Source of the DNA: Octopus sinensis
Lineage: Eukaryota
Assembly (NCBI RefSeq): GCF_006345805.1
Contig: NC_043013.1
Span: 34,658,001 to 34,722,000 of the forward strand
Length of the DNA: 64,000 nucleotides
Direction of reading: 5' to 3'
Of this stretch, positions 1-13,420 are shown piece after piece. The position numbers were made by a program, and so were the translations under genes. Every line of letters starts with the position of its first letter. The stretch's first letter is position 1. The notes below the pieces were generated by a model. It ran no database searches. It saw nothing but the letters and a program-made list of their open reading frames with translations, and was not told the DNA's origin.

Positions 1-129
1 TTAACCCCGGTCTTATCTCTAACGATGGTATCTATTATGCAAATGAAGCTCATTATAACTCTGAAACAATAACAACACCAACCACAACAGCAACAACTCA
101 AACAGCAAAAAGAAGCCATGAAATTAGCC

Positions 130-1022
130 TTGATGTGGTGACTCAACTTGCTAGCTATAGCAGTTAAACCTTTTGCATATTTTTGCATATTCCTTAAAGA
201 AACAAAGACAGAGGATGGATAATACAGTAGTTCTATATATAAGAGACTACAAAAAACTGGATGGTCATGTCAGGAATATCTTTGATTATAGTTTTATATA
301 ATCAAGGTTGGCCCAGGGCTAAACAGCTACTACAACAAACATAAGTCTGTATAAGAGCCTTTAAGTGGTTTTATGATCTGCTAGATATATCAGCTGAATC
401 TCCTTCAAATCACTTTTAAATGTCTTTAAAAATGTAGGATACTCTGGATATCAATGTGGTCATAGATACATGGTTTGAATATTAGATGAGGATGTCATGG
501 TTGGAATGTCTTTGATAATTACTGGCCTGGACTAAACAACAACAAAATGTGGAACAAGAAAAACAATAAGATGAAATTAATGCATGAGCTACTGAACCAA
601 GCAGTCAGTTAACCAAAGAACCACCTAGCAAACTGACCGGTCAACCGAGGAAGTATCCGACCGATCAACCGAGGAAGCATCCAGCCAAACAACCAACCGG
701 CCATGCAGCCAACCAAAAACAGTCATTCATCCAACCAACCAAGAAACTAATCAAGAAACCAGCCATTTAATAAACCAAAATTCAACCATCAATCTGTATA
801 AACCAGCCAAAGAGTAATTATGTGGCCACATAAGCTGCTAGATATAACAACCAAAACTCCGTCAAATTACACTCTGCCATATGAAAAGATATGAAAATGC
901 ATTGCATAATGTAGCTCAAGATACACTATGAGTGAAATAACAGATGGAAGGGTCATGGCAGGAATACTTTTGACCATAGGTCTGCTTAGTGTGCATTGGA
1001 TTCAGGCTGAACAACAACAGAC
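130..1022 (+). repeat. Three clustered copies (~130-340, ~360-545, ~815-1022) of a ~200-bp interspersed repeat ending in (CAA)n; more copies at ~2120-2340(-), ~10260-10480(-), ~32000-32200 and ~33360-33500
   Basis: Shared motifs CTGCTAGA(A/T)ATA.CA, GATGGTCATGG..GGAAT.TCTTTGA and GG.CT(A/G)AACAACAAC occur in each copy. Confidence 0.7.
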
Positions 1023-1361
1023 GACAAACCACATTGATTTGTTATGAAAGTAAATTATTTTATTTATTTGCAAGAAATTTTCATTTCTTCTTCCTTAATT
1101 GATATTTTGCTCTCCCTTCTACCATTATTTTTTTTTTTAATTTTCATTTTCATAAATATAGTTTTTCCCAGTTTTTTTAGTGAAACACAGTGAGATGTTA
1201 CACTATTCTTATGTTGCTTCTGTTCATTTTTTAATTAAATTTTATCTCTAATCAATCAATCAATCAATCATTTATTTTAGATTTTAAATTATAACCGGTT
1301 TAGTTGTTTTGTTTCATGGGTAAAATTACTGTTCTTATTTTTAATTTAATTTTGTTTTTAG

Positions 1362-1387
1362 AGAAGACGTACTGTGTGTAGAATCGG
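1362..1387 (+). other. Candidate 26-nt microexon
   Basis: Long U-rich tract ending TTTGTTTTTAG, then AGAAGACGTACTGTGTGTAGAATCGG, then donor GTGAGC. No homology support. Confidence 0.25.
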
Positions 1388-1649
1388 GTGAGCGATGGAG
1401 ATGTTGGCTGTTGAAGGGGGTTAGCAAATACAATAACATACAATTAGAACAAAATACTTAAACACTCCTAACACAGATGGTGTTGGGGTAAGTGTTTGTG
1501 TGGTTGTTACTGCGGATGTGGAGGCAGTATGGAGGAAGGTGAGTGGTGGTGGCATAGATTAGTCCACTACAACCTTTTTAGACTTGTAGTACACTTGTAT
1601 GTTTTTCAAAATTTGGCAGCACACCTGAACTACAAACACAACTAAAAGT

Positions 1650-1890
1650 ATACTCTTTTACTATTTTATTTGTTTCAGTCATGTGACTGTGACCATGCTG
1701 GAGCACCGCCTTTAGTTGAGCAAATCAGCCCCAGGACTTATTCTTTGGAAGCCCAGTACTTATTCTATCAGTCTCTATTGCCGAACCGCTACATTATGGG
1801 GGCGTAAACACATCAGCATTGGTTGTCAAGTGACATTGGGGGGACAAACAGACACCCAAACATACACACACATTCATATATATATATATA
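1650..1890 (-). mobile_element. tRNA-derived SINE family A, 3' half
   Basis: Matches the tail of the full copies at 6575-6980 and 20776-21165 (TTGTTTCAGTCAT.TGACTG...CATGCTGGAGCACCGCCTTTAG). Confidence 0.8.
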
Positions 1891-1892
1891 TA

Positions 1893-1924
1893 GGTAGTGG
1901 TGGTGGTGGTGGTGGTGGTGGTGG

Positions 1925-2002
<78 letters not shown>

Positions 2003-2057
2003 AGGTTTTGGCAGCAGCGATGATGATGACAACAACGATGACGATGATGATGATGAT
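1893..2057. repeat. (GGT)n/(GAT)n compound microsatellite
   Basis: Directly visible; it explains the poly-G/D/H/M ORFs. Confidence 0.95.
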
Positions 2058-2379
2058 AAAAATAATTATGCAGGACAATCACTTTTATTGGGTAATGATA
2101 GGGTAGATGGTAGTGCTTGTTGATGTTGTTGTTTAATCCCAGATCAACATGGATTGAGAAACCCTATAATCAGTAATATTCCATCTGTGGCCATCCCACA
2201 TTTTGCCTTTGGGCAGGGAACCCAGGATCGCACGATATAACATGACTGTTTCAAAGATAGTAGGGTATGATTTTAGAGAGATTTGGCCACATTTCTAGCA
2301 AGTATAATCATGATATTGAGGCTCTCTTGTATTTTTAGCAGTCTTGCAATGGATTTTAGTAATGCTATTAGTTAAGTGG

Positions 2380-2850
2380 AATGGAGCATGGCTCAGTGGT
2401 TAGAGCATCAGGCTCACAGACATGAAGTAGTGAGTTCGATTCCCAGACAGAGCTGTGTTGCGTTCGTGAGCAAGATTCTTTATTTTCACGTTGCTCCACT
2501 TCACTCAGCTTTAGAAATGAGTTGTGATGTCACTGGTGCCAAGTTCTATCAGCTTTTGCTTTTTCCTTGGACATCATCAGTGGTATGAAGAGGGGAGGCT
2601 GATATGCATGGGAAACTGGTGGCCTTCTATAAGCAACTTTGCAGATCCACTGCATGTCAGTAGCATGTAAAAGGCACCCACCACACTCTGTAAAGTGGTT
2701 GGCGTTAGTATGGTCATCCAGCAGTAAAAACCATGCCACAATAGACAATCGGAGTCTGGACAGTTCTCTGGCTGACCAGCATCTGTCAAACCGTCCAACC
2801 CATGCTAGCATGGAAAACGGACATTAGATAATAACGGTGATAATGATCAA
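2380..2850 (+). mobile_element. tRNA-derived SINE (family C head) followed by an RTE-type 3' tail
   Basis: A box TGGCTCAGTGG, B box AGTTCGATTCC; tail ...GTCAAACCGTCCAACCCATGCTAGCATGGAAAACGGAC shared with other copies. Confidence 0.75.
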
Positions 2851-3124
2851 CATAATGATGGGCAGAATGCCACAAAGCATTTTATCCATGCTAACAATTT
2901 TGCCAGCTCCCAACCTTAAGACACCCAATTATTGATTATCTAAAAGGACCCGAATTTCTAGTGCATATTGGACTTGAACTCAATGCCATTGTTTTTGCAT
3001 CAGTAATGTCTACATGTGTGGAAAAAGAATAACTTTTTATCTTATCTCTCTTGTCCTTGTGCTGTTATTTTCGATTTATCATATCAAATTTTATATATGT
3101 AGATACATACCTACATATCATATA

Positions 3125-3207
<83 letters not shown>

Positions 3208-4082
3208 GTATGTATGTATGTATATGTATATATGTATATACATATATAAATTTTAGTAGGTTGAGCTTGCACTCGGAATCTTTATTTCCAATGCAGAAAT
3301 AAAAGTTTTGATTTATTAAACCCAGCCTAGAGAAATGCATATATCTAGAAACGGAACACCTAAAGACAACCGAACGATGCACCAAATGAAACCATGATGT
3401 AAGTAAAAACTGCCAAAACATGAAACATTAAAAGACAAGAAAATTTATATCATCATCTCAAACAAAAAAAGAAGCCCAGAATCAAAGGAAAGACTAGTGA
3501 TAGTTTATATAGATAAAAATCAATTAAGAAAATTGATAATATTGTGAGGAGTGTTGAATTCTGATGGCATCTTACCAAGAAAATAAATTCAGAAATTGAA
3601 ACAAATGCTCAAGAAAAGTTTGTCCATGGGTGAAGAAGTTCTGTTTTCATTGATATGGTTTTAAGTTCAGTCCTGTTCCATGGTATGAGGGTCAAGTGTC
3701 TTGGGCTGAGCAATGCCTTGAGAAGGAACTTGGTAGATGGAAACTGTAAAAGTCCATCATATGTGTATATAGATTGAAAAGGCGGTAGATAGATAGATAA
3801 GTAGATAGATAGATGAATAGATAGATAATTAGATAGATAGATGAGTAGATAAATAGATAAGTAGATAGATAGGTAGATAGATAGATAAGTAGATAGATAG
3901 ATAAATGGGTGCATTATAGACATAAAGCATGTGAAAAGCACCCAGTACACTCTGTAAAGTGGTTGGTTTTAGGAAGGGCATCCAGCTGTAGAAACCATGC
4001 TAAGACAGACAAATGGAGCCTAGGCAGCTCTCCAGCTGGACAGGTCCTGTAAAACTGTCCAAACCATGCCAGCTTGGAGAAT

Positions 4083-4860
4083 GGACGTTAAATGATGATG
4101 ATGATACGTTCACTATATGCATTTTATTTTTGGGTTTCTCACACACAAACACTCACACATATATACATCTAGATGAACACATATGTGAACATGAATCTTT
4201 GTACAGTTTTAAATTTCCCCAAGACACCTGATGAAGGCTGGAGAGTAAGTCAGCCGAAACGTTGTATTAACAACAAACAAGATGAGGACAAAAATCCGTC
4301 AAATGTAAATGATGTAAATAATGTAAATAATGCATCTTTGTTTTTACATTCGCCCACCACCTTTTGATAACTGGTATTGGTTTGTTCATGTCCATTTAAT
4401 TCAGTAGTTCAGCGAAAGAGACTGAAGGAATATGTATCAGATTAAACAAATAATTATCAATATTAAGGTTGATCTGTTTGATGGAAGGAAAAACACTTCA
4501 AGCTAGTGTCCCAGCATGGTTGTAGTCCAATGACCCCACCAAGAACAAGATAAACGATGAGCTGCCTGATGTTAATTAATCCTGGCATGCAATCGTCTTA
4601 TGTTACATTGCATTTTTGAAGCAGAGTTTCATGTACCCATGTTAGCAAGCTATAAAGACCAGCTTACCACAAAATATGTACTTTAGCGAGAATCTATTAT
4701 ACATGCAATAAACACACATCTTGTATAATACAGCAAGTATCAAACAAGCTGTCCCTTGTGGACATAGATAAAGCATTAGCAAAAGGGATCTCTCTGATCC
4801 CTTTCTGTTTATGTGTGCAAGTATGTATCTACTAAACATATCAATGAGCCCTGACAATTT
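4083..4860 (+). repeat. Copy 1 of a ~780-bp composite duplication (copy 2 at 31181-31982)
   Basis: Colinear match including non-repetitive sequence; ORFs 4642-4857 and 31764-32042 share near-identical translations. Confidence 0.9.
4222..4268 (+). ncRNA. Minimal type-I hammerhead ribozyme motif, family 1
   Basis: gacac-CTGATGA-a-GGCTG(loop)CAGCC-GAAA-C-GTT-gtatt; loop-less palindromic ACGT stem III. Confidence 0.75.
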
Positions 4861-5220
4861 ACTTTGAGTTTTTGATGATTTTGAAATAGACAGTCAGATA
4901 TTTGAAACCATTGATATCTTTAATTCTTAAATATCCGCTACATATTTCAATAGGAAAAATAAACTTTTTGGGTTTTTTGGGTTTTTTTTAAATAAATCAA
5001 TGAAAAGTAGTCAAAGTTAAGGGAATGCTTAAAGCAAGTTAATAGCTGTTGTTCAGAATATGACACAAACGAATCCAAAAACTTAATCTTCTTTGAAGTG
5101 ATAATACTAATAAAGAAAGAAAGAAAGAACTAACGATAAGCAGTTAGATACACTGTCATCTCGAAAATTTTTGATAAGAAAGAGCAATGAAATCCAGTGT
5201 TAGCCAGTCACAGATTAGCG

Positions 5221-5257
<37 letters not shown>

Positions 5258-5513
5258 AAGAAAACGGAAACGAAAAAAAAGTGGTGGGGATGGAATTAAG
5301 TTTTGTAGGTGCGCCGTGAGGACAAGTAATATCTTGTTGTACATATGATCGTTTAAAGTTCTAAAATCAGACTGCTGTACATGTAGCGTTTTGATGTTCA
5401 AACGATAGACTTCAATTAAATCAAATACTAAACAGAAAGGATGCACATGTGATCTTTTAATGCCCCGTAAACATAAACTATTGAGTTAACACTCTTTTAG
5501 CTGTGAAAGCATT

Positions 5514-5563
<50 letters not shown>

Positions 5564-5925
5564 ATATGTATATGTATATATATTTATGAGTGTATGTATA
5601 TAAGTATGGGGCTATATAAAGTGCGTCCACCCTGTATATATATATATATGTGCATGTCCATATATGCTTTTATAAACTGTATATGGATATTTTTAGGTAT
5701 GTCAATGTATATGAAATATGAATCAATGAAAGCTATCAATAATAAAGAGAAATCAATTTGAGAGAGGAGTTGGTGAGAATTGAACTTAATTCATGTGTAT
5801 ATATATGTGTGTACATGGGTGCATGTGTACAAACACTTTGATAATGTAGATACGTAATGTTAGTCATTACATACATTGCCATGCATGTAAATGCTTATAT
5901 AAACAAAAAGTAACAGACTCCTACC

Positions 5926-5956
<31 letters not shown>

Positions 5957-6137
5957 AGTATATGTATATATATACACACATTCATACATGTATATGTGCG
6001 TGTGTGTAAGTTTATATGTATGCTTACATACATGCAATAAAAATATGTGGAGAAATATGTATATACATCTATATATTAATATACACACACACACATATAC
6101 TCACAACACATATGCATATACACATCGTGTGTGTGTG

Positions 6138-6175
<38 letters not shown>

Positions 6176-6574
6176 AGCATGCTTGCACCTACAAGTATGT
6201 AGAGAAATACGTATACATATACACATACACACATAAATATATATGGACAATAACAAGTGTGGGCACGCATGCATACATACGTAAAAATATGGTGCAAAAC
6301 ATTTATGTGAATAAAGTTTCTTTAATAAACCCATTTTGCTTCTTCCCCTTTTTCCCCTCCTCATCCATACATCCAGTATCCATTATACATAATGGATAAG
6401 GATGGAATAAGTGGAATACACTTAAGGGAATTCCCTTAAGGAATACATCTTGACTGAAATCAGCACTATCTTGAGCCCCTACGACTTAGCTATTACTGAA
6501 GGATAAGGATGCACCTCTAAATTTCAAGATTGCAAAGGGGTGACATATATTCACATATCCACACATTCTTTTTT

Positions 6575-6980
6575 TTCTTTTATTCTTTTACTTGTTTCAG
6601 TCATTTGACTGTGGCTATGCTGGAGCACTGCCTTTAGTCAAGCAAAGCAACTCCAGAGCTTATTATTTGTTAGCCTAGTACTTATTCTATTGGTCTCTTT
6701 TGCCGAACCACTTGGTTATGGGGATGTAAACACACCAGCATCAGTTGTCAAGTGATGTTGGGGGAACAAACACAGACATACAAAAATGTACACAAACATA
6801 CATATATATATACACACATATACGACGGGCTTCTTTCAGTTTCCGTCTACCAAATCTACTCACAAGGCTTTGGTCAACTTGAGGATATAGTAGAAGACAC
6901 ATGCCCAAGGTGCCACACAGTGGGACTGAACCCAGGACCATGTTGTTGGTAAACAAGTTACTTATCACACTGTGACTCCG
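6575..6980 (-). mobile_element. Full-length tRNA-derived SINE family A
   Basis: Minus-strand head with B box GGGTTCAGTCCC, internal (TG/TA)n and a tail shared with many copies. Confidence 0.85.
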
Positions 6981-7107
6981 GCGCATATATATAATATTGT
7001 CACAATCATTTTTTATGCTGGATTTTATAAGCTTGCAGGGAATGGTCAAGCATTATGGAAGTAGTAATCTATGACCAAATGCCTGTCGTACTCCCAGCTG
7101 TAGCAAT

Positions 7108-7322
7108 GTTTGCACGCCGGGCAAAGTGCTTAGTGGTATTTCGTCTGCCGTTACTTTATGAGTTCAAATTCCGCCGAGGTCGACTTTGCTTTCCATCCTT
7201 TCGGGGTCAATAAATTAAGTACTAGTCACGCACTGGGGTCGATGTAATCGACTTAATCCCTTTGTCTGTCCTTGTTTGTTCCCTCTGTGTTTAACCCCTG
7301 GTGGGCAATAAAAAATAAGAAA
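7108..7322 (+). mobile_element. SINE family B
   Basis: GAGTTCAAATTCCGCCGAGGTCGACTTTGC motif; near-identical to 55920-56158 and 25750-25982. Confidence 0.85.
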
Positions 7323-7693
7323 CAACACAGGTATGAGATATATTATTTATAAGACTGGTAAACACTATCAAAGTCGTTCAAAACAGGTGCACACAGGGAG
7401 TTGTAAAGGCATGATAAAACAAATATGCACACATATAGGGGGGATATTAAAATGAAGAGTTAAACATATACTTGATTCTAATGGATCCAAGGAAGCTTTA
7501 GGATGTTGCAGAAGCTCTCAAATCTAAGTGCATTGCTTCTTAAACAGAAACAGCTGTAAGGTAATGAAGTTGATTACATGATACCTGTTTGTTTGTTATT
7601 CTTAAATATTACCTACATACTTACCTAATGGTTTACTTTGAAGCATATGGGCATATTGAGTTCTAATAACTGTTATTGCTATGTATAAGAGAA

Positions 7694-7736
<43 letters not shown>

Positions 7737-8319
7737 TATATACTTGTATGTATGGTGATATATATATATATATACACACACACACGCATGCACACATATA
7801 TACTTTATTAATAAAGCTGCAACGACATCACAAAAACTGTTACTCAGAGTTTTACTTTCCTGTTCATCAGACAGTTTTGGTTGAGAATACACACACACAA
7901 ACACACACAAACACACACACACACACATACATACACACATACATTTGGTATTAACAGTCAGAAAAAAGTACTAAATATCATGGAATCATATATGTATGTG
8001 TATATGTGTGTGTGTGTGTGTGTTGTGTGTGTGTGTGTTGTGTGTGTGTGTATGTATATATATAATAAATATATGTGTATGCATTTATTTATGTGTGTTT
8101 GCATATATACATGTAGACATGTATGTTGAAAGAGACTAAAGAAACTTCAGAATTACATTGTGTGTCTGTGGCACACAGTAATCTTGTGGGGGTGTTTGTG
8201 TAGGGCATGGGAATTATGTGGTGTGTTCGGATAGGGTAGGCTGTGAATGTCTTGGGTTGAAGATTGCCAGATGTGGCTTTACTTCCTCTTCATTAATAAT
8301 TGCAAGAAACCATGTTACA

Positions 8320-8369
8320 AGGATCATCGGCATCGTTGCCATCATCATCATCATCATCATCAGCATCAG

Positions 8370-8412
<43 letters not shown>

Positions 8413-8776
8413 GCTGTTTCCATTCTGAGATATGTTGGTGGTGGGAGCAGCAACGCCGATGTGATTGTGACGACTGCGTAGTTCCTTTGTCGTTATTCTC
8501 CTCTAAATATCCATCCTTATCGTTGGCATCAGTCATCAGCCCCATCATCATCACAGTCATAATCACCTCTGACATTGCACTCATTACTAACATCATCACC
8601 ACTGCCACCACCAACACCAACACCACCACTACAACCATCATCGTCGTCGTCATCATCATCATCATCGTCAATACCTTTATCATTATCATAACGACTACCA
8701 TCATCATATCCACCATCATCATATTAATTATTGTCCCCATTGTTACTATCATTATCCTAATCATAATCATCATCAC

Positions 8777-8842
<66 letters not shown>

Positions 8843-9350
8843 TTTACTACTGCTACCACTACTACTGCCATTGCCGACAATATTGTTGTTATCATTCTTG
8901 ATCAATCATTAACATTACCAGCACTATAATCATCATCATCAACATCACCATCATCAATGCTGTTTGGTGCTAACATTACCAAAAATTATGATCGTCCTCC
9001 TTCTCACCACCACCACCACTACCACCATTCTTACCATAAACAACATTATCATCATCATCACCATCGCCATCACAATCATAACATTCAAACCAATAGAAAT
9101 TATGATCAAAATAACCAGCAGCTCAAACATACTTATCTTCCACAGTTCCATAACCATCATCATAATCTTCATTTCTATCATCATCACTCACAACCATCAC
9201 CACCACCATCACCACCATCATCACACATAAGATAATTATCTTCTCCATTGATCATCGTCAGTAGACTCATCATCATCATCATCTCCATCATAAAGGACAC
9301 CGATGGCACGATTATTTCCACCATCATCCGCACTGTTACCATCATCATAA
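8320..9350. repeat. Degenerate (ATC)n/(ACC)n trinucleotide tract
   Basis: Directly visible. Confidence 0.9.
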
Positions 9351-9720
9351 GAAGGATGAGGGCCTTTACATCATCAACAGCATCACTGGGGGTGGGATGA
9401 ATTTAAAACAATAATACAGTTGTTTCCATTATAGGCACAAGGATAGAAATTCGGAGAGAAGGAGGTGAGATAATTATATCAACTTCTACAACCCTCGGGA
9501 TTGTCTTGCACTGGCCATTGAATGGCTATAGAAATCCAATAGGAGGAAATAGGAATCAAAGGGGATATGGGCAAAAAATTGTTGAGAAGTACTGAATAAT
9601 ATGGCCATGTGTTCTGATAGAAATAGTAATCAAATTGTCCTCAAATTACACAGAACCATCTTGGTAAATGACTCCTTTGATAATGTTCTCTGGTTTTTAT
9701 AATTTCTGAAAAATATCAAA

Positions 9721-10115
9721 TCTTTATATATAAAAGTGAAGTTGTGTGTCTGTCTCCTACGATTTAGATTCCTAACTACTCCCACATTTTGCAGTGCAGT
9801 GTAACCAAAAGCGGGTATCTTATAGTCGTGATTCATATCGAGCCCTTCTGGGTACTAGCGCGCGTCTACGATGAGTCTACAATTTAAAAAAAAAGTTACC
9901 ATCATTTTTTCCCATTTTTAATGCATTTTTTTGCTATTATATAAGGGAAGTAACTCTCCAAAAATGTATTATTAAATCTCAGAACGTAAAAAGCTAAAGT
10001 AACACCCCCCTTTGTGGTTAGCCATATTGAGATGGCTATTATACTTTACATCTCTAAAAATGCTTACATAGTTATTTCCCTTACAAACCCGAGCAACGCC
10101 GGGCGATACTGCTAG
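9721..10115 (+). mobile_element. Non-autonomous Helitron (395 bp)
   Basis: 5' TC(TTTATATATAAAA), subterminal hairpin CCCG..CGGG, 3' CTAG; inserted between A(9720) and T(10116) without a TSD. Confidence 0.85.
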
Positions 10116-10651
10116 TAATTAATAAAATTATGAGACAAGCTGGTTGTAGCCAGAAGACCTTTAATCGTAAGTTTACTCCAGTCAGAACAGACTTGGGGTT
10201 TAAGAGCAACATCTTCACTAGCCACAACTACAAAAGCAATGGACATTATGATGAAGGCTGCTGTTTTTGTTTAGCCCAAGGTCAATCCGGATAATGTAGA
10301 TCCACTGATCAAGAGCACTCCAAGCATGACCATCTTGTTTAATATTCTTTTTTTGGGGGGGGGGCCTCAGGGACCACATTATTCAATGTGTTCTTCCATT
10401 TCTTAAGATGGTAGGGTGCAAGCTGAATGTGAATTGGCTGCTATTTCTAGCAAACAAGCAGTCATATAGAACTAAATGTTGGTGTTGGTGTTGATGATGA
10501 TAGCTGTGGTAGTAGTGATGACATTTGTGGCAATAGTGTTGTTGTTGTTGGTGGTGGTGGTCGTGGTGGATTTGGTGGCGATGGTGAACTCTTTAATAAG
10601 AGTTGTGGTAATTGGCGGATTTAGAACAGGAAGATAACAATACTACAACAG

Positions 10652-10692
<41 letters not shown>

Positions 10693-10725
10693 GCCACTAC
10701 TACTAATACCACCACCACCACCACC

Positions 10726-10757
<32 letters not shown>

Positions 10758-11296
10758 ACTACTACTACTACTACTACTACTACTAATAATAATAATAATA
10801 ATAATAATGCATATTGATGCTAATGTTAAGTCTGTTTGGCCAGCATCATTTTATAAATCTTTTTTTAAAACTTAGGATATTTCAGGCAGGAGAAAGAATC
10901 TGCTACAAAGACGACAACAATAACAATAACAACAACAACAACAACAACAACAACAGCAACAGCAACAATGATAGCAGCAACAGCAGTGACAATAATTCCT
11001 CTTATAACAAAAGAAATAATAACAGCAAATAACATCAACAACAGCAGTATTTTCCAAACTGCAAAAAAAAAAAAAAAAATCAGGAAAATGAATAAATAAA
11101 TAAATAAATGAAAAATAAAAATAGGAAACAAGACAAAAGAAAACCAAAAAAAAAAATGTATTAAATTAGTACTCAACTGAAGACATAATTAAAAGTAAGA
11201 AACAAAACAGAAGCCATCGATACACAAGCTGTGCTAAAAATAAGCTATAGTTTTAATGTAATCAATTGAAAGATAAAGGAATTAAGAAGACTAGAC

Positions 11297-11321
11297 AAAG
11301 AAAGAAAGAAAGAAAGAACGA

Positions 11322-11392
<71 letters not shown>
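11297..11392. repeat. (GAAA)n microsatellite
   Basis: Directly visible. Confidence 0.95.
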
Positions 11393-11488
11393 GAAACCAA
11401 TGACACTATTTTGAATTCACTTGATCCAAAAACAAAAGGAAAAAAACTACAAAAATAGACAATGACAAATGTGTACTACTATATTTAC

Positions 11489-11586
11489 CAAGGGAATTTG
11501 GGCGGAAGGAATAGGCTGGTGGGAAGGCCATGAGAGCTTCTTGTCCGAGATAGTGAATTGCTATAGAAGCACAACTGCTACAAGAC
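11489..11586 (-). other. Candidate 98-nt exon
   Basis: Minus-strand ...CTTAACTACCAG|GTCTTG...CCCTTG|GTAAAT; a complex island in A-rich flanks; one open frame (SCSSCASIAIHYLGQEALMAFPPAYSFRPNSL). Product not recognised. Confidence 0.3.
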
Positions 11587-13420
11587 CTGGTAGTTAAGTC
11601 AATAAGAAAAATAAAAGAAATGGAACTAAAACAAGCGAAAAATAAAAAAAAAAGCAAACAGTTATGGCTTAATAACAGATCGTTGCTGCGGATTAAGACG
11701 AATAAATAAAACACATGGGTTACAGGGGAATGAATGTGTGTATATGTGCATGTGTGTGTATGTGTGTGTGTGCGTGTGTGAAAGAAAGGTGGGATTTGGG
11801 TGGTGGTGGAGAGAAAGGCAAGAGAATGGTTTATTATTTAGAATGACTGTGTTTGGTATCATAAGAAAACTCCGACAAAGAAATGGTGAAAAGGTTGTAG
11901 GCTGCGGGAGAAGACAGGTAGATACGCACACACACGCACACACACACACACACACATACACACACATACACACGCATTCATGTATAATAGGATTCTGCAC
12001 TATTTCCTATTTCTGCCAACCAAATTCACTCTCAAGGCATGCATCAGCCGAGATCCAACAGACGATGATGCTTAATGTGTCTCACAGACAAACTGACCCC
12101 CAAACGACATGGTTGTGAAACAAACACCTCAATCACACAATAATACCTATATTTACTTCAGTCATCATACTGTAACCGACCATGCTAGAGCAACAGCATG
12201 GCAGAGTAAAGTAAATATTTAAAAAATAGAAAGGATTTGGCCCAAAAGCTTGCATCAGTGGACTCTCAACTTAAGCCAGCCAAGGATCTGCTTGTGGTGT
12301 TAAAACTAACTGACTGTTTAGATTTCAGATATCCTGGTCAAGAAATGAGAAGGTCTTATAAGAAATAGATTCGACCAGTAGAATGGCCTAGGAAATAAAG
12401 AAATAATGTAGATGCCTGATAAATATCTGCCAAGTTTTCCACTAAAAAGAAAATCAAAATTCCTAGTCATTTTCAATTGTGGAGAATCTTCTAAGGAATC
12501 TTCTTCTGTTTGGCAAAATATCTCCTGGAAATCCTAGTAAAAAAGACCCAAGTAAACTTCAGTAAAACTTTCTCTTGGAAACCTTAGTTAAAAAAAAAAC
12601 CTAGTGAACCTTAGTAAATTTTCTGTAGGAAACCCTAGTAAAAACATCTCTTGGAAACCCTAATCATCATTATTTTCAATGTAGTTTTAACATCTGTTTG
12701 TTTATGCTTGCATGGATCAGACAAAGTTTGTTGGGACATATTTCCTATGGTCAAATACTCTTTCTGTTGCCAAGTTTCACTCGTTTCGTTTCCAAGCATG
12801 GTAATATTTTCCCATGACCAGGCATGTTTTCATGTAAGATTGCAAATGAACATCATCGCTTTCTATGACAGTGATGTTTTTTTTTAAAACTATTGCACAA
12901 TGTCAACGCATGAAGACATGCACTCTCATCTACACAAGCCCCCCCCCCACACACACACACACAATGGGTTTCATTCAGTTTCCTTTACAAAATACACTTC
13001 CAGCACAACACTTTGGTGGATCAGAGCTATAGTAAATGACATTAGTCCAAGGTGCTGTGCAGTGGAACTGAACCTGGAACCATATGCTTACAAAGCATAC
13101 CTTTTATCCACACAGCCATGGCTGTACTTAAGCTATATATGTGCCTATATCGTTATTTATCAATACCTGTCCAATGCACTGATCCCCTGTGACCCCTTCA
13201 AATGCTAAGGAGCAAAAAGGAAACCTCTACATTAACACTCTAACTACCTCATACAAGAAAAAGCAGTCACATCTCCATCAAAGTACATCTTTTGCATACA
13301 GTATGTTAGTTTTGGAAATTAGATGGGACGGCCAAGGCTGGCATGTCCTTCATAATAGGACCACTCAATAAAATCCCATCTAGAGATAAACAGTCACAAC
13401 ACAATATAAAAATAAATAAA

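Noticed and set aside
8247-9235. Long His/Ile/Met-rich ORFs
   Set aside because: Microsatellite translations.
12460-12665. Repeated AAACC(C/T)TAGTAAA motifs resembling telomeric repeats
   Set aside because: Irregular degenerate minisatellite, not CCCTAA arrays.
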